Below are positions 28,855 to 38,195 of a stretch of 64,000 nucleotides of DNA, one piece after another. The notes beneath the pieces are model-generated. The model did no database searches, was not told where the DNA came from, and saw only the letters and a program-made list of their open reading frames with translations. Positions within the stretch are counted from its first letter, which is position 1. Each line of letters opens with the position of its first letter. The position numbers and the translations under genes were made by a program. Origin of the DNA: Candidatus Omnitrophota bacterium (GTDB lineage Bacteria > Omnitrophota > Gorgyraeia > 2-01-FULL-45-10); assembly GCA_026387175.1 (NCBI GenBank), contig JAPLME010000010.1:138490-202489 (forward strand), in the 5' to 3' direction.

Positions 28855-29488
28855 AGTACTGGAGATCGAAGCCCTGGAAAGGATGAATAGCGGCAGATTC
28901 CTTGAACCGCTGGTATTTGGCGGCGGCACAATGCTCAGGCTGTGTTACGAGCTGAACAGGTACTCTGTAGATCTCGACTTTTGGTTTGTGAAAAAGACCG
29001 ACCCTGAATTATATTTTACTAAATTAAAAAAATACCTTGCCGAACAATATGAATTGACCGACGCCTGGATAAAACATTATACGATTTTGCTGGAGTTGCG
29101 CGCCAAAGGCTATCCCAAAAGGCTTAAACTTGAAATACGCAAAGAGGTAAAAAAGTGCGATTTTGAGGAGCGGATAGCGTTCTCTACCTTTAGCTCAAAG
29201 CAGGTTATCTTAAAGGTCATGTCTTTAGAGCAGATGATGAAGAATAAGATCGAGGCGGCTTTGGAGCGCCATGAGATAAGGGATTTCTATGACATAGAGT
29301 TTTTACTCAGAAAGGGGATAGCGCTAAAAGCGTCCCGGGAAGATTTAAATGGGTTATTGCGCGTGTCAAACAGGTTTAAAGAAAGCGACTTCAGGGTTGC
29401 CCTAGGTTCACTGGTAAAGAAGGATGTCAGGGAATATTACATAACACACAAGTTCACTTATCTGCAGGAAAAGATAGCCGCCTCCTAG
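28832..29488 (+). CDS. AbiEii-family nucleotidyltransferase toxin (second copy)
   Basis: FGGGTMLRLCYELNRYSVDLDF hallmark motif. Overlaps the antitoxin gene by 23 nt. Confidence 0.8.
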   Translation: MDTFERHEVLEIEALERMNSGRFLEPLVFGGGTMLRLCYELNRYSVDLDFWFVKKTDPELYFTKLKKYLAEQYELTDAWIKHYTILLELRAKGYPKRLKLEIRKEVKKCDFEERIAFSTFSSKQVILKVMSLEQMMKNKIEAALERHEIRDFYDIEFLLRKGIALKASREDLNGLLRVSNRFKESDFRVALGSLVKKDVREYYITHKFTYLQEKIAAS

Positions 29489-29609
29489 AGCCCGGGGCCA
29501 TCCTCACTAGAGCCCGGGGCCATCCTGGAAGGGGACACCCTGGGAGCAGGATGGAGCTCATAATTCTAAGGTAGTGAAGGGTAAGTGAATAACTTGCCCT
29601 TTCTTTTTT
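29486..29609 (+). repeat. Boundary element copy D, with a 19-nt tandem duplication of its 5-prime end
   Basis: TAGAGCCCGGGGCCATCCT x2 (29486-29504, 29508-29526), then GGAAGGGG..GGAGCTCATAATTCTAAGG, then GGGTAAG-tgaataac-TTGCCC + TTTCTTTTTTT. Confidence 0.8.
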
Positions 29610-29666
29610 TAGAAGGTATAATACTAGAAAAGATCGTTACTTACAATTAGCGACCAGGAGGGTTAT

Positions 29667-30233
29667 ATGATAAGGAAAAGATATCTATTATTCTTATTAT
29701 TGGCATTTTTCTTCGTAAGCGGCTGCTGTCAGAAGCCATGCAAAGTTGCTGACAAAGACACGGTTGTAAAGATAAACAGCTACACCATTACACGCGACGA
29801 GTTCGAGCAGGAATTTAAGGATTCCGCCTATGGCAAGATAGACAGCCTTGAGTCCCGCCAGAATTTCCTGACCACCCTGATCGACCGAAAACTGATACTG
29901 CAATATGCGCAGAAGGAGGGGCTCGATAAGGAGAAGGGTTTCTTAAGGATGATCGAAAAATTCTGGGAGCAGTCCCTGTTAAAGATAGCGCTGGATCAAG
30001 AGACAAAGAAGATAAAGGAGTCGTCATTCGTGACCGATGATGAGGTCAGAAGGGCATACGATAACATACTGAAGGAAGGCAACATAAGTGAATCGTACGC
30101 GAACGCTTATAAACGCATAAAATGGGACCTTGCCAGGTCGAAAGAGACAAAGATCATTAACGACTGGATCGCCGGAATGCGGAAAAAGTCGCATATAACC
30201 GTAAATAACGATATCCTGAAAGAGAAAAAATAA
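29667..30233 (+). CDS. Lipoprotein with SurA N-terminal-like chaperone domain
   Basis: Lipobox LLLAFFFVSGC. DRKLILQYAQKEGLDKEKGFLRMIEKFWEQSLL resembles the SurA_N region. TATAAT at 29625. Confidence 0.55.
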   Translation: MIRKRYLLFLLLAFFFVSGCCQKPCKVADKDTVVKINSYTITRDEFEQEFKDSAYGKIDSLESRQNFLTTLIDRKLILQYAQKEGLDKEKGFLRMIEKFWEQSLLKIALDQETKKIKESSFVTDDEVRRAYDNILKEGNISESYANAYKRIKWDLARSKETKIINDWIAGMRKKSHITVNNDILKEKK

Positions 30234-30243
30234 GGGAGCATAT

Positions 30244-30837
30244 ATGACAAACGCCGGAACGCCTCCTCGCCGGATAAGGCGAAAGAATTATTTTATCGAT
30301 AAGAAGTTCCAGGGGACCTTCATCCTTAAATTCTGTATGCTTGTGGCCGCCACGGGCCTGTTCATAATGGTGGTATTGTATTCATTGTCGAATAAGGCCA
30401 CCACAGTCTCTTTCATTAATTCTCGTGTAGTCGTCCAGACCACGGCCGACTTTCTCTTCCCGCTGCTCATACAGACATTTGTCATCGCCACGGTATTTGT
30501 AGGTATCGCTACCATATTTATTACTCTATTTATTTCACACCGCATAGCGGGCCCGGCCTACAGGTTTAAGAAGACGCTCGCCGATCTGAGCGGCGGGAAT
30601 TTCTCCGAAAATTGCCATCTGCGCAGAAAAGATTCACTGCAGGATGTCGCGAAAGCCCTCAACGATATGATGTCCAATGTGCGTAAGGGCCTTACAGCGG
30701 TCAATAGCTCGCTCACCAAATTGAAAAATAAGCTTGGGGATGTGCAAAAGAGTAAAAGCGTGGACGACTCGGAGCTGAGAGAGCTGAAGAAGGAAGCCTC
30801 GGAACTTGACGAGGCGTTGCACCATTTTAAATTTTAG
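30244..30837 (+). CDS. Two-TM membrane protein with a HAMP domain and no output domain
   Basis: Two hydrophobic helices, then RIAGPAYRFKKTLADLSGGNFS (HAMP-like), then a coiled-coil tail. Confidence 0.55.
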   Translation: MTNAGTPPRRIRRKNYFIDKKFQGTFILKFCMLVAATGLFIMVVLYSLSNKATTVSFINSRVVVQTTADFLFPLLIQTFVIATVFVGIATIFITLFISHRIAGPAYRFKKTLADLSGGNFSENCHLRRKDSLQDVAKALNDMMSNVRKGLTAVNSSLTKLKNKLGDVQKSKSVDDSELRELKKEASELDEALHHFKF

Positions 30838-30844
30838 AGCTTCA

Positions 30845-31438
30845 ATGACCCTGACAATGCGTCGTCATAAAATAATCCGCGTATATATCGTGCTGATCGC
30901 TCTATTTTTGAGCGCCGGCGCCGCATATGCGTTTGACGATGGTTTCGGCTCAGCGAAGAAGATCGAGAGCAAATACGCCGTACTTTATTACCCGCCGGAA
31001 GCCGATGTTACAAACCTTATCCGAAGTCTTAATGTGCGGCAGGCGGATAAGGTGCTGTCCGGCCTGACACTGGGCGGCGCCTCTTCATATGAGGATGAAC
31101 TCGGGCTTATGATCGACGCTCTATTCGGCCAGGTCTCCGATGTTCTCGATATGCATATCTATAGCCTTAAGATAAATATCAAGATATGCCGGAATAACGG
31201 CCTCCTGAAAGATGTCTATAAGCGTATGTTTAATGCGGATCTTCAGGATAAGCAGTCTTTTTATTTTTACAGTTTAAATACCATTTATACATCCGAAGAG
31301 GGATTTAAGCGCGAGATCGTGGGCCACGAAATGGCCCATGCCATTATAAGCCATTATTTTGTGGTGCCCGCCCCGATTAAGATCCAGGAAGTCCTTGCGA
31401 TGTATGTCGAGTATAATCTTCGCAGAGCAGAACAGTAG
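30845..31438 (+). CDS. Secreted hypothetical protein with HExxH motif (putative zinc-dependent hydrolase)
   Basis: Track ORF starts at 30806; the plausible start is 30845 or 30857, giving signal peptide IIRVYIVLIALFLSAGAAYA. Contains VGHEMAHAII. Overlaps the upstream gene. Confidence 0.45.
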   Translation: MTLTMRRHKIIRVYIVLIALFLSAGAAYAFDDGFGSAKKIESKYAVLYYPPEADVTNLIRSLNVRQADKVLSGLTLGGASSYEDELGLMIDALFGQVSDVLDMHIYSLKINIKICRNNGLLKDVYKRMFNADLQDKQSFYFYSLNTIYTSEEGFKREIVGHEMAHAIISHYFVVPAPIKIQEVLAMYVEYNLRRAEQ

Positions 31439-31533
31439 ATGTGAAATAGCCGTCATTTCCCGTTTTCGCTCACTATTTTTATTGACCTGATAAGGGCTAT
31501 TATATAGTATATTAGGATAAATAAAGGCAATTT

Positions 31534-33360
31534 ATGGCTCAGGAAAAAGTAGATCTGCTTAAGACGCTCTCATCCGATAAGTGGAAGGCGATAGGGACCC
31601 ACAAGCGCGCGGGCCTCTTGGTCCCGTTATTTTCGGTATATTCGAAGAATAGCGCGGGAATAGGCGACCTGGACGATCTGAAACTTCTGGTGGACCTATG
31701 CGAAAAGACAGGAGTCTCTATCCTGCAGCTCTTGCCGATGAACGAGATAGGGGTGACATTTTGTCCCTACGACGCCATAAGCTCGTTTGCTCTTGAGCCG
31801 TCTTATATATCTTTCAACGCGGCCCCTTTAACCTGTAACAAGGCGATAAAAACGAAGATAGACAGGATACGGAAGTTCTTTCCCGCGGGAAGCGGACATG
31901 TCGATTATGCCATACGGGAAGAGAAGCGCCAGATGCTATGGGATATATTTGCCGCGGAGGCCGTCGCCTCGCCTGAATTCAAGAAATTTACAGGAGCAAA
32001 TAAATACTGGCTGGACGATCTGGCCCTCTATAAGGTCCTTAAGAACCGCCACTTGGGGAAGCCGTGGTATGACTGGGAAGAAGGATATGCATACCGCGAC
32101 GAGGATGCGCTCTCGCTCTTTGAAGAAGACCATAAAAAAGATATCACATTCCAGAAGTGGATCCAATGGGTGCTGTATAAACAATTCAAGGCGGCAAAAG
32201 AATACGCCGTTTCGAAGCATGTCCTGATAAAGGGGGACCTGCCGATATTGATATCGCGCGACAGCGCCGATGTCTGGGCACATCCCGAATACTTCAAGCT
32301 CGATTTCGCGGCAGGGGCTCCGCCTGATATGTATTGCTCCAAAGGGCAGAGATGGGGCATGCCCACATACGACTGGGAAAAGATAGCCGCCGATAAGTAT
32401 AAATATTTTAAGGAGAAATTAAAATATGCAGAGAACTTTTACGACATCCTGAGGATCGATCACGTCGTCGGCTTGTTCCGTATATGGAGCATACCTTATA
32501 ATGAGCCGCTCGAGAACGAGGGGCTAAAAGGATCTTTCGACCCGGCGGATGAAAATGTATGGAGCGATCACGGCAGACGGATATTGTCGGTCCTGACGGA
32601 CAATACTAAGATGCTGCTCTCGGCGGAGGATCTCGGTATGATACCGAAGGCCTGCCCGGAGATGTTGAAGGAGTTCGGCATACCGGGAAATGAGGTTCAG
32701 AGATGGGTAAAGGACTGGTCGGTGAGCCACGATTTCCTCGCGCCTAAGGAATACCGCGCCGCAGCGGTCGCGATGCTCTCCACGCACGATACGACTAACT
32801 GGGCGGCATGGTGGGAGAATGAGGCCGGCACCGTTGACGAGGCGTTATTCATCAGGAAGTGCGGCGAACGGGGCATAAATTACGAACGCGTTAAGGGAGA
32901 GCTCTTCGATCCCGAACGTTCCGGGCGCGGGCGCCTGCGCTGGAACGATGAGGTAAAGACGAAAGAGATTTACATTGGAATTCTGGGTAAGCGCGAGGAA
33001 GAGCTGAAGGACTTTCTCGATATGTACGAAAATACGTACATGGAGAAGGAAAAGCTATGGGCGCGGTTTAAGCTTAATGGCGCAATGAAGGAAAAGTGCG
33101 ATGCCCGGATCATGCGCTCGGCTCTCAATATAACTTTAAGCTCGCGCGCGGTATTCTCGATAGAGCTTCTTATAGATTACCTCTACGTTGGCGGCATATT
33201 TATCGGAGACCCTTACCAGTACAGGATAAATGTGCCGGGCACGATCGCAAAGACCAACTGGTCCCTGACGATACCCCTTGCGCTCGAAGAGCTGCTGAAG
33301 CACGGGGTAGTCGATGATATAAAGGAACTGGTGGATGCCTCCGGCAGAAAAGCATTATGA
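31534..33360 (+). CDS. malQ: 4-alpha-glucanotransferase (GH77 amylomaltase)
   Basis: 608 aa. N-terminal RAGLLVPLFSVYS...GIGDLDDL and the catalytic-region motifs of GH77. Confidence 0.85.
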   Translation: MAQEKVDLLKTLSSDKWKAIGTHKRAGLLVPLFSVYSKNSAGIGDLDDLKLLVDLCEKTGVSILQLLPMNEIGVTFCPYDAISSFALEPSYISFNAAPLTCNKAIKTKIDRIRKFFPAGSGHVDYAIREEKRQMLWDIFAAEAVASPEFKKFTGANKYWLDDLALYKVLKNRHLGKPWYDWEEGYAYRDEDALSLFEEDHKKDITFQKWIQWVLYKQFKAAKEYAVSKHVLIKGDLPILISRDSADVWAHPEYFKLDFAAGAPPDMYCSKGQRWGMPTYDWEKIAADKYKYFKEKLKYAENFYDILRIDHVVGLFRIWSIPYNEPLENEGLKGSFDPADENVWSDHGRRILSVLTDNTKMLLSAEDLGMIPKACPEMLKEFGIPGNEVQRWVKDWSVSHDFLAPKEYRAAAVAMLSTHDTTNWAAWWENEAGTVDEALFIRKCGERGINYERVKGELFDPERSGRGRLRWNDEVKTKEIYIGILGKREEELKDFLDMYENTYMEKEKLWARFKLNGAMKEKCDARIMRSALNITLSSRAVFSIELLIDYLYVGGIFIGDPYQYRINVPGTIAKTNWSLTIPLALEELLKHGVVDDIKELVDASGRKAL

Positions 33361-34025
33361 GTAAAAACGATAAGAAGATAAAAAACTGCGTTGTATTCTT
33401 CGATTTCGACAATACGATCACCGAGATCGACGTGTTGGACGACATGCTGGAACGTTTCTCGCGCGACGATAAATGGATGCAGCTTGAGGAGGAGTGGAGG
33501 CTCGGCAAGATAGGCTCCAGAGAGTGCCTGGACGGTCAGATGAGGGGCATTCGCCTGGCCCGTGAACGGCTCGATAAGTATCTCACTACGATAAAGATAG
33601 ACCCTTTTTTTAAGAAAATCTTAAAATTATGCGGCTCCAAGAAGATAAAGACGGTGATATTAAGCGATAATTTCGAGTACATACTGAAGGGCATACTGAA
33701 GAATAACGATATAGAAGGCCTGGACGTTTATTGCAACTCGTTAAAGATGCTTGAGGATGTGATGATCCCGTCATTTCCGCATAGCGATAAGAAGTGCGGC
33801 GGGTGCGCCCATTGCAAGAGTAAGAATATGCTGGCTAATGTCAAAGCCGGCTTCACATCGATATATATAGGGGATGGTTTATCCGATCTATGTCCTTCCA
33901 GAAAAGCGAAGCTGGTATTCGCGAAGAGCTCGCTTAAGGAACACCTGAAAGCGGAGAAGGTGCCTCACGTTCCGTTTGACGATATGAAGGATGTTTACGA
34001 ATATCTTAAAAGGAGACTAGCGTGA
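33357..34025 (+). CDS. HAD-IB family phosphatase (MtnX-like)
   Basis: DFDNT motif I (VFFDFDNTIT). GDGLSD motif near the C-terminus. Overlaps the malQ stop. Confidence 0.65.
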   Translation: MSKNDKKIKNCVVFFDFDNTITEIDVLDDMLERFSRDDKWMQLEEEWRLGKIGSRECLDGQMRGIRLARERLDKYLTTIKIDPFFKKILKLCGSKKIKTVILSDNFEYILKGILKNNDIEGLDVYCNSLKMLEDVMIPSFPHSDKKCGGCAHCKSKNMLANVKAGFTSIYIGDGLSDLCPSRKAKLVFAKSSLKEHLKAEKVPHVPFDDMKDVYEYLKRRLA

Positions 34026-35464
34026 ACCAGAAAGTAAAGGTTATGACGAAAAGCAAAGAGAAGAGAGATGTTAAAGACCTCAGCAGCCGGCTCACCCACC
34101 AGGAGCTGATGAAGCTGGAAAGCAAATATTGTTCATGGGGCGACACGGTCCATTATGTCCATGAGCCCAATATATTTAAAAGCTGCCACGGCTCGTTTCT
34201 ATACGACAGAGAGGGAGTGGAATTTCTGGACCTCCAGATGCTCTATTCCGCCGTTAACTTCGGGTACAGCAATGGGCGCGTCAGTAACGCTCTGAAGCGC
34301 CAGATAGACGCGTTGCCGCACCTGGCGTGCCAATACCTGCATGAGGAGAAGATCCTGCTGGCGACTAAGCTTGCCCGGAGGGCCGAGAAGACGTTCGGAG
34401 AAGACGGGCGTATCCATTTCAATGTCGGAGGGGCATCCGCGGTAGAGGACTCACTGAAACTTGTCCGTAACCATACGGGGAAAAATCTCGTATTCGCTTT
34501 TATGGGAGGCTACCACGGCAGGACGCTGGGGGCTTCGGCCATAACATCGAGTTACCGCTACAGGGAGAGGTTCGGCCATTTCGGCGACAGGGCGCTGTTC
34601 GTTCCGTATCCGTACTGCTTCAGGTGCCCGTACGGCGAGAAGAGAGAATCCTGCGATATGTTCTGTCTGAAACAGTTCGAAAAACTCTTCGCGACGGAAT
34701 ATTACGGCGTTGTTAACAAGAAGAACAATAATTGCGAATTTGCCGCGTTCTATGTCGAACCGGTGCAGGGCACGGGCGGATACGTGGTGCCGCCGATGGA
34801 ATATTTCCCGGCCCTTAAAAAGATATTGGATAGATACAATATAATGCTCGTCGACGATGAGATCCAGATGGGATTCTTCAGGACGGGAAAGTTCTGGGCC
34901 ATCGAGCATTTCAACGTATCGCCCGACATAATAGTCTTTGGCAAGGCCCTCACGAACGGCATGAACCCCATCTCCTGTATATGGGCGAAGGAGAAGCTGA
35001 TCAACCCTAAGGTCTTCGGGCCGGGCTCGACCCATTCGACGTTCTCATCCAACCCTCAGGGCACCGCAGCGGGGCTCGAGGTGATGAAGATTATAGAGGA
35101 ATCGGACTTTGCTACAGAGATACCGAAAAAAGGCAAATATTTCCTCTCGAGGCTGAAAGCCTTGCGTAAAAAGTATCCGCAGATAGGAGATGTCGACGGC
35201 CTCGGCCTCGCGCTGAGGATCGAGATCTGCCAGAAGGACGGGTACACTCCTAATAAAGAGCTCACCGATAGGATAGAAGAGATAGGCCTGAGCGGGCGTC
35301 TCACCACAGGTGGAAAGACCCGCGGGCTTGTGCTCGATGTCGGAGGATACTATAAGAATGTCTTCACGCTCGCGCCTTCATTCTATATCACCGAAAAAGA
35401 GATGGATCTCGGAACGGATCTCTTTGAAGAGGCTCTCGTCAAAGCGATAAAAGAGACCTCGTAG
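34022..35464 (+). CDS. Class III PLP-dependent aminotransferase
   Basis: 480 aa. VDDEIQMGFFRTGKFWAIEHF and the FGKALTNGM lysine motif. Confidence 0.8.
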   Translation: MNQKVKVMTKSKEKRDVKDLSSRLTHQELMKLESKYCSWGDTVHYVHEPNIFKSCHGSFLYDREGVEFLDLQMLYSAVNFGYSNGRVSNALKRQIDALPHLACQYLHEEKILLATKLARRAEKTFGEDGRIHFNVGGASAVEDSLKLVRNHTGKNLVFAFMGGYHGRTLGASAITSSYRYRERFGHFGDRALFVPYPYCFRCPYGEKRESCDMFCLKQFEKLFATEYYGVVNKKNNNCEFAAFYVEPVQGTGGYVVPPMEYFPALKKILDRYNIMLVDDEIQMGFFRTGKFWAIEHFNVSPDIIVFGKALTNGMNPISCIWAKEKLINPKVFGPGSTHSTFSSNPQGTAAGLEVMKIIEESDFATEIPKKGKYFLSRLKALRKKYPQIGDVDGLGLALRIEICQKDGYTPNKELTDRIEEIGLSGRLTTGGKTRGLVLDVGGYYKNVFTLAPSFYITEKEMDLGTDLFEEALVKAIKETS

Positions 35465-35484
35465 GCATACCAGCGCTAAAACGG

Positions 35485-37044
35485 ATGGATATGGCGAATA
35501 AGCGGCAGACCTGGGGGACAAAGCTGGGTATCATAATGGCGGTGGCCGGAAGCGCCGTCGGGCTGGGAAATTTTCTGAGATTTCCCGTCCAGGCAGCCTC
35601 TAACGGAGGCGGCGCGTTCATGATACCGTACTTCATAGCCCTCTTACTTTTAGGCTTACCGCTTATGTGGGTGGAATGGACGCTCGGCCGTTACGGCGGC
35701 GGGTTCGGGCACGGCACGGCGCCCGGCATATTCCACACGATGTGGGAAAAGAACCGCTTCATAAAATACTTCGGCGTCATCGGGATATTCGGCCCGCTCA
35801 TCATATTCATCTATTACGTTTACGTAGAATCCTGGACCCTTGCCTACAGCTTCTTCGCTATCATCGGGAAGTATTCCGGCTCGGGCACGGAGGGCGCGAT
35901 GCAATCCTTCCTGCGCGGCTTCCAGGGGCTCGAAAAGAATCAGTATTTTTCGAGCATCATTCCGGCCTATACATTTTTCGTGATAACATTTTTGGCCAAT
36001 ATATGGGTGATATATCATGGTATCAAGGGCGGCATCGAAAAGCTGTGTAAAATAGCCATGCCGCTTCTTTTCATCTGCGGGTTCATAGTGATGGCCAGGG
36101 TCCTCTCGTTAGGCACTCCCGACCCTTCCAGGCCGTCATGGAACCTTATGAACGGGTTAGGGTTCCTGTGGAACCCGGACTTCTCGGCGCTCCTTAGCGC
36201 TAAGGTGTGGCTCGCCGCTTCGGGCCAGATACTCTTTACGCTCAGCGTAGGCATAGGCGTTATACTCACTTATGCCAGCTATCTCTCTAAGGGCGATGAT
36301 GTGGTGCTGTCGGGACTTTCCGCCGCTGGAACCAATGAATTCGCCGAGGTAGTCATCGGCGGAAGCATCATTATTCCCGCTGCATTCGTATTCTTCGGGC
36401 CCCAGAATATCCAGACTATAGCCCGAGGCGGAGCGTTCAATCTCGGGTTTGTCACGATGCCGCTGATATTTCAGAAGGTGGCGTTCGCGGGCCTCTTCGG
36501 CGGAGCATGGTTTATGTTGTTATTCCTATCAGGGATAACCTCGTCCATATCGCTGGCTCAGCCGGCAGTCGCGTTTCTGGAAGACGAGTTTAACATAACC
36601 AGGTTTCGCGCCGTGCAGATATTCGGCGCCGTCACTTTTGTGCTCTGCCAGCCGGCGATATTCCTGATAGGCAAGGGCGTTGTGAACGAGCTCGACTTCT
36701 GGGGCGGCACGTTCTGCCTCGTATTCTTCGCGACCATCGAGATAATACTCTTTGCCTGGATATTCGGGATGGAGAAGGCGTGGAAGGAGATACACCATGG
36801 CGCCGATATGAACATTCCGAAGATCTACAAGTTCATAATAAAGTATATAACTCCGCTTTTCCTGTTCGCGATACTCGGCTTCTGGTTTTACCAGGACGGC
36901 ATACCCACGATACTTATGAAGAACGTGCCGGATGCCGACAAGCCTTTTGTCCTGGGGACGAGGCTATTCCTGATAGCGATATTTATCGCCCTGGCGGTTA
37001 TGGTGAAGGTGGCGTGGGCGAGAAAGAGGAGGACCAGGCTATGA
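35485..37044 (+). CDS. Neurotransmitter:sodium symporter (NSS/SNF) family transporter
   Basis: 519 aa. N-terminal WGTKLGIIMAVAGSAVGLGNFLRFP motif, 11-12 TM helices. Confidence 0.9.
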   Translation: MDMANKRQTWGTKLGIIMAVAGSAVGLGNFLRFPVQAASNGGGAFMIPYFIALLLLGLPLMWVEWTLGRYGGGFGHGTAPGIFHTMWEKNRFIKYFGVIGIFGPLIIFIYYVYVESWTLAYSFFAIIGKYSGSGTEGAMQSFLRGFQGLEKNQYFSSIIPAYTFFVITFLANIWVIYHGIKGGIEKLCKIAMPLLFICGFIVMARVLSLGTPDPSRPSWNLMNGLGFLWNPDFSALLSAKVWLAASGQILFTLSVGIGVILTYASYLSKGDDVVLSGLSAAGTNEFAEVVIGGSIIIPAAFVFFGPQNIQTIARGGAFNLGFVTMPLIFQKVAFAGLFGGAWFMLLFLSGITSSISLAQPAVAFLEDEFNITRFRAVQIFGAVTFVLCQPAIFLIGKGVVNELDFWGGTFCLVFFATIEIILFAWIFGMEKAWKEIHHGADMNIPKIYKFIIKYITPLFLFAILGFWFYQDGIPTILMKNVPDADKPFVLGTRLFLIAIFIALAVMVKVAWARKRRTRL

Positions 37045-37145
37045 GACCGTCGGGCTGGGCGTTTCTGGTCCTGTCATGGGGATTCATAACAGCGCTAGTT
37101 ATATTCTGTTTCTACAAGATCTTCGCCAAGAAAAAAATCTCCTAA
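37041..37145 (+). CDS. NSS-associated small membrane protein (34 aa, MetS-like partner subunit)
   Basis: ATGA overlap with the NSS stop. AGGAGG 9 nt upstream. One TM helix (WAFLVLSWGFITALVIFCFY) plus a KKK tail. Confidence 0.6.
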   Translation: MRPSGWAFLVLSWGFITALVIFCFYKIFAKKKIS

Positions 37146-37162
37146 AAGACCTAATAGTTACT

Positions 37163-38194
37163 ATGGATAAAACTGATATAAAGAACCTGTCGAAAGCGGA
37201 GCTCGGCCCGGCGCTGGAGGAACTCGGCGCTGAGGACTACAGAGCGAAGCAGATATTCCGCTGGCTCTATAAGTCCGGAGTGAGGTCGTTCGATGAGATG
37301 ACTGACCTCTCGGATGAGCTGCGCCATAAGCTCAAGGGCAGATTTCATATCACGCACCCGGTTATGCTCGACTCCAGGCGCTCGGCCTCGGATGGCACTA
37401 CGAAGTATCTGTTGAAGCTGGAAGACGCGAGCACGATCGAGACGGTTTTCCTGCCGGAAGGAGAGAGAGCGACGATATGTCTGTCGAGCCAGGTCGGCTG
37501 TAAGTTCGCCTGCAGTTTCTGCGCGAGCGCTCCTTTCGGATTTGTGAGGAACCTTAAGGCCTCGGAGATACTGGACGAAGTCATCTTTGTGAAATCAAAA
37601 AATCCGGGGGCGCCTGTTACGAACCTGGTCTTCATGGGGATAGGCGAGCCGTTCGATAACTATGATAATGTATTGAGGGCGGTGAGGCTATTCAATGACC
37701 CGGATGCGTTCAATATAGGAGCCAGGAAGATCACCATCTCGACCTGTGGTATAATACCCGGGATAGAGAGATTGGCGGACGAAGCCCTTCAGGTCGAGCT
37801 TTCGGTATCGCTCCATTCTGCCGATGACGATCTCCGCTCAAAACTTGTCCCTATAAATAAGAAGTATCACATTAAAGAGTTGATACGCGCCTGTGATGAG
37901 TATATAAAGAAGACTAACCGCGTTATAACGTTCGAATACATATTGATAAAAGGCGCCAATGCTTCGCCTATAGACGCGCTTAAGCTTGTGAAGCTGATAA
38001 AAAATGTGAAGTGTAAAGTGAATACGATAGCTTACAATAAGATAAGGATCAAGGGTTACTCCGGGCCGTCGCTTACCGAGATAAAAGCCTTTTTGGGGAT
38101 CCTTAAGGATAATGGTATAAACGTGACCCACCGCAAGTCGAAGGGTGAAGACATAGACGCCGGATGCGGCCAGCTCAGGATATCGAGGTTATAA
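37163..38194 (+). CDS. rlmN: 23S rRNA/tRNA adenine-C2 methyltransferase RlmN (radical SAM)
   Basis: CxxxCxxC (CKFACSFC) and the C-terminal GCGQL motif. Track ORF starts at 37076, but the ATG at 37163 (MDKTD) follows the small-ORF stop. Confidence 0.85.
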   Translation: MDKTDIKNLSKAELGPALEELGAEDYRAKQIFRWLYKSGVRSFDEMTDLSDELRHKLKGRFHITHPVMLDSRRSASDGTTKYLLKLEDASTIETVFLPEGERATICLSSQVGCKFACSFCASAPFGFVRNLKASEILDEVIFVKSKNPGAPVTNLVFMGIGEPFDNYDNVLRAVRLFNDPDAFNIGARKITISTCGIIPGIERLADEALQVELSVSLHSADDDLRSKLVPINKKYHIKELIRACDEYIKKTNRVITFEYILIKGANASPIDALKLVKLIKNVKCKVNTIAYNKIRIKGYSGPSLTEIKAFLGILKDNGINVTHRKSKGEDIDAGCGQLRISRL

Positions 38195-38195
38195 T

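Noticed and set aside
26040-29610. Boundary repeats as integron attC sites
   Set aside because: They have no full-length imperfect palindrome, no R-prime GTTRRRY / R-double-prime core pair and no extrahelical-base architecture. No intI is in the window. They are retained as a recombinogenic or terminator element instead.
35656-36815. Several 80-130-aa ORFs on both strands inside the NSS transporter gene
   Set aside because: They are overlapped by a 519-aa ORF with an unmistakable NSS signature and are GC-skewed frame artefacts.
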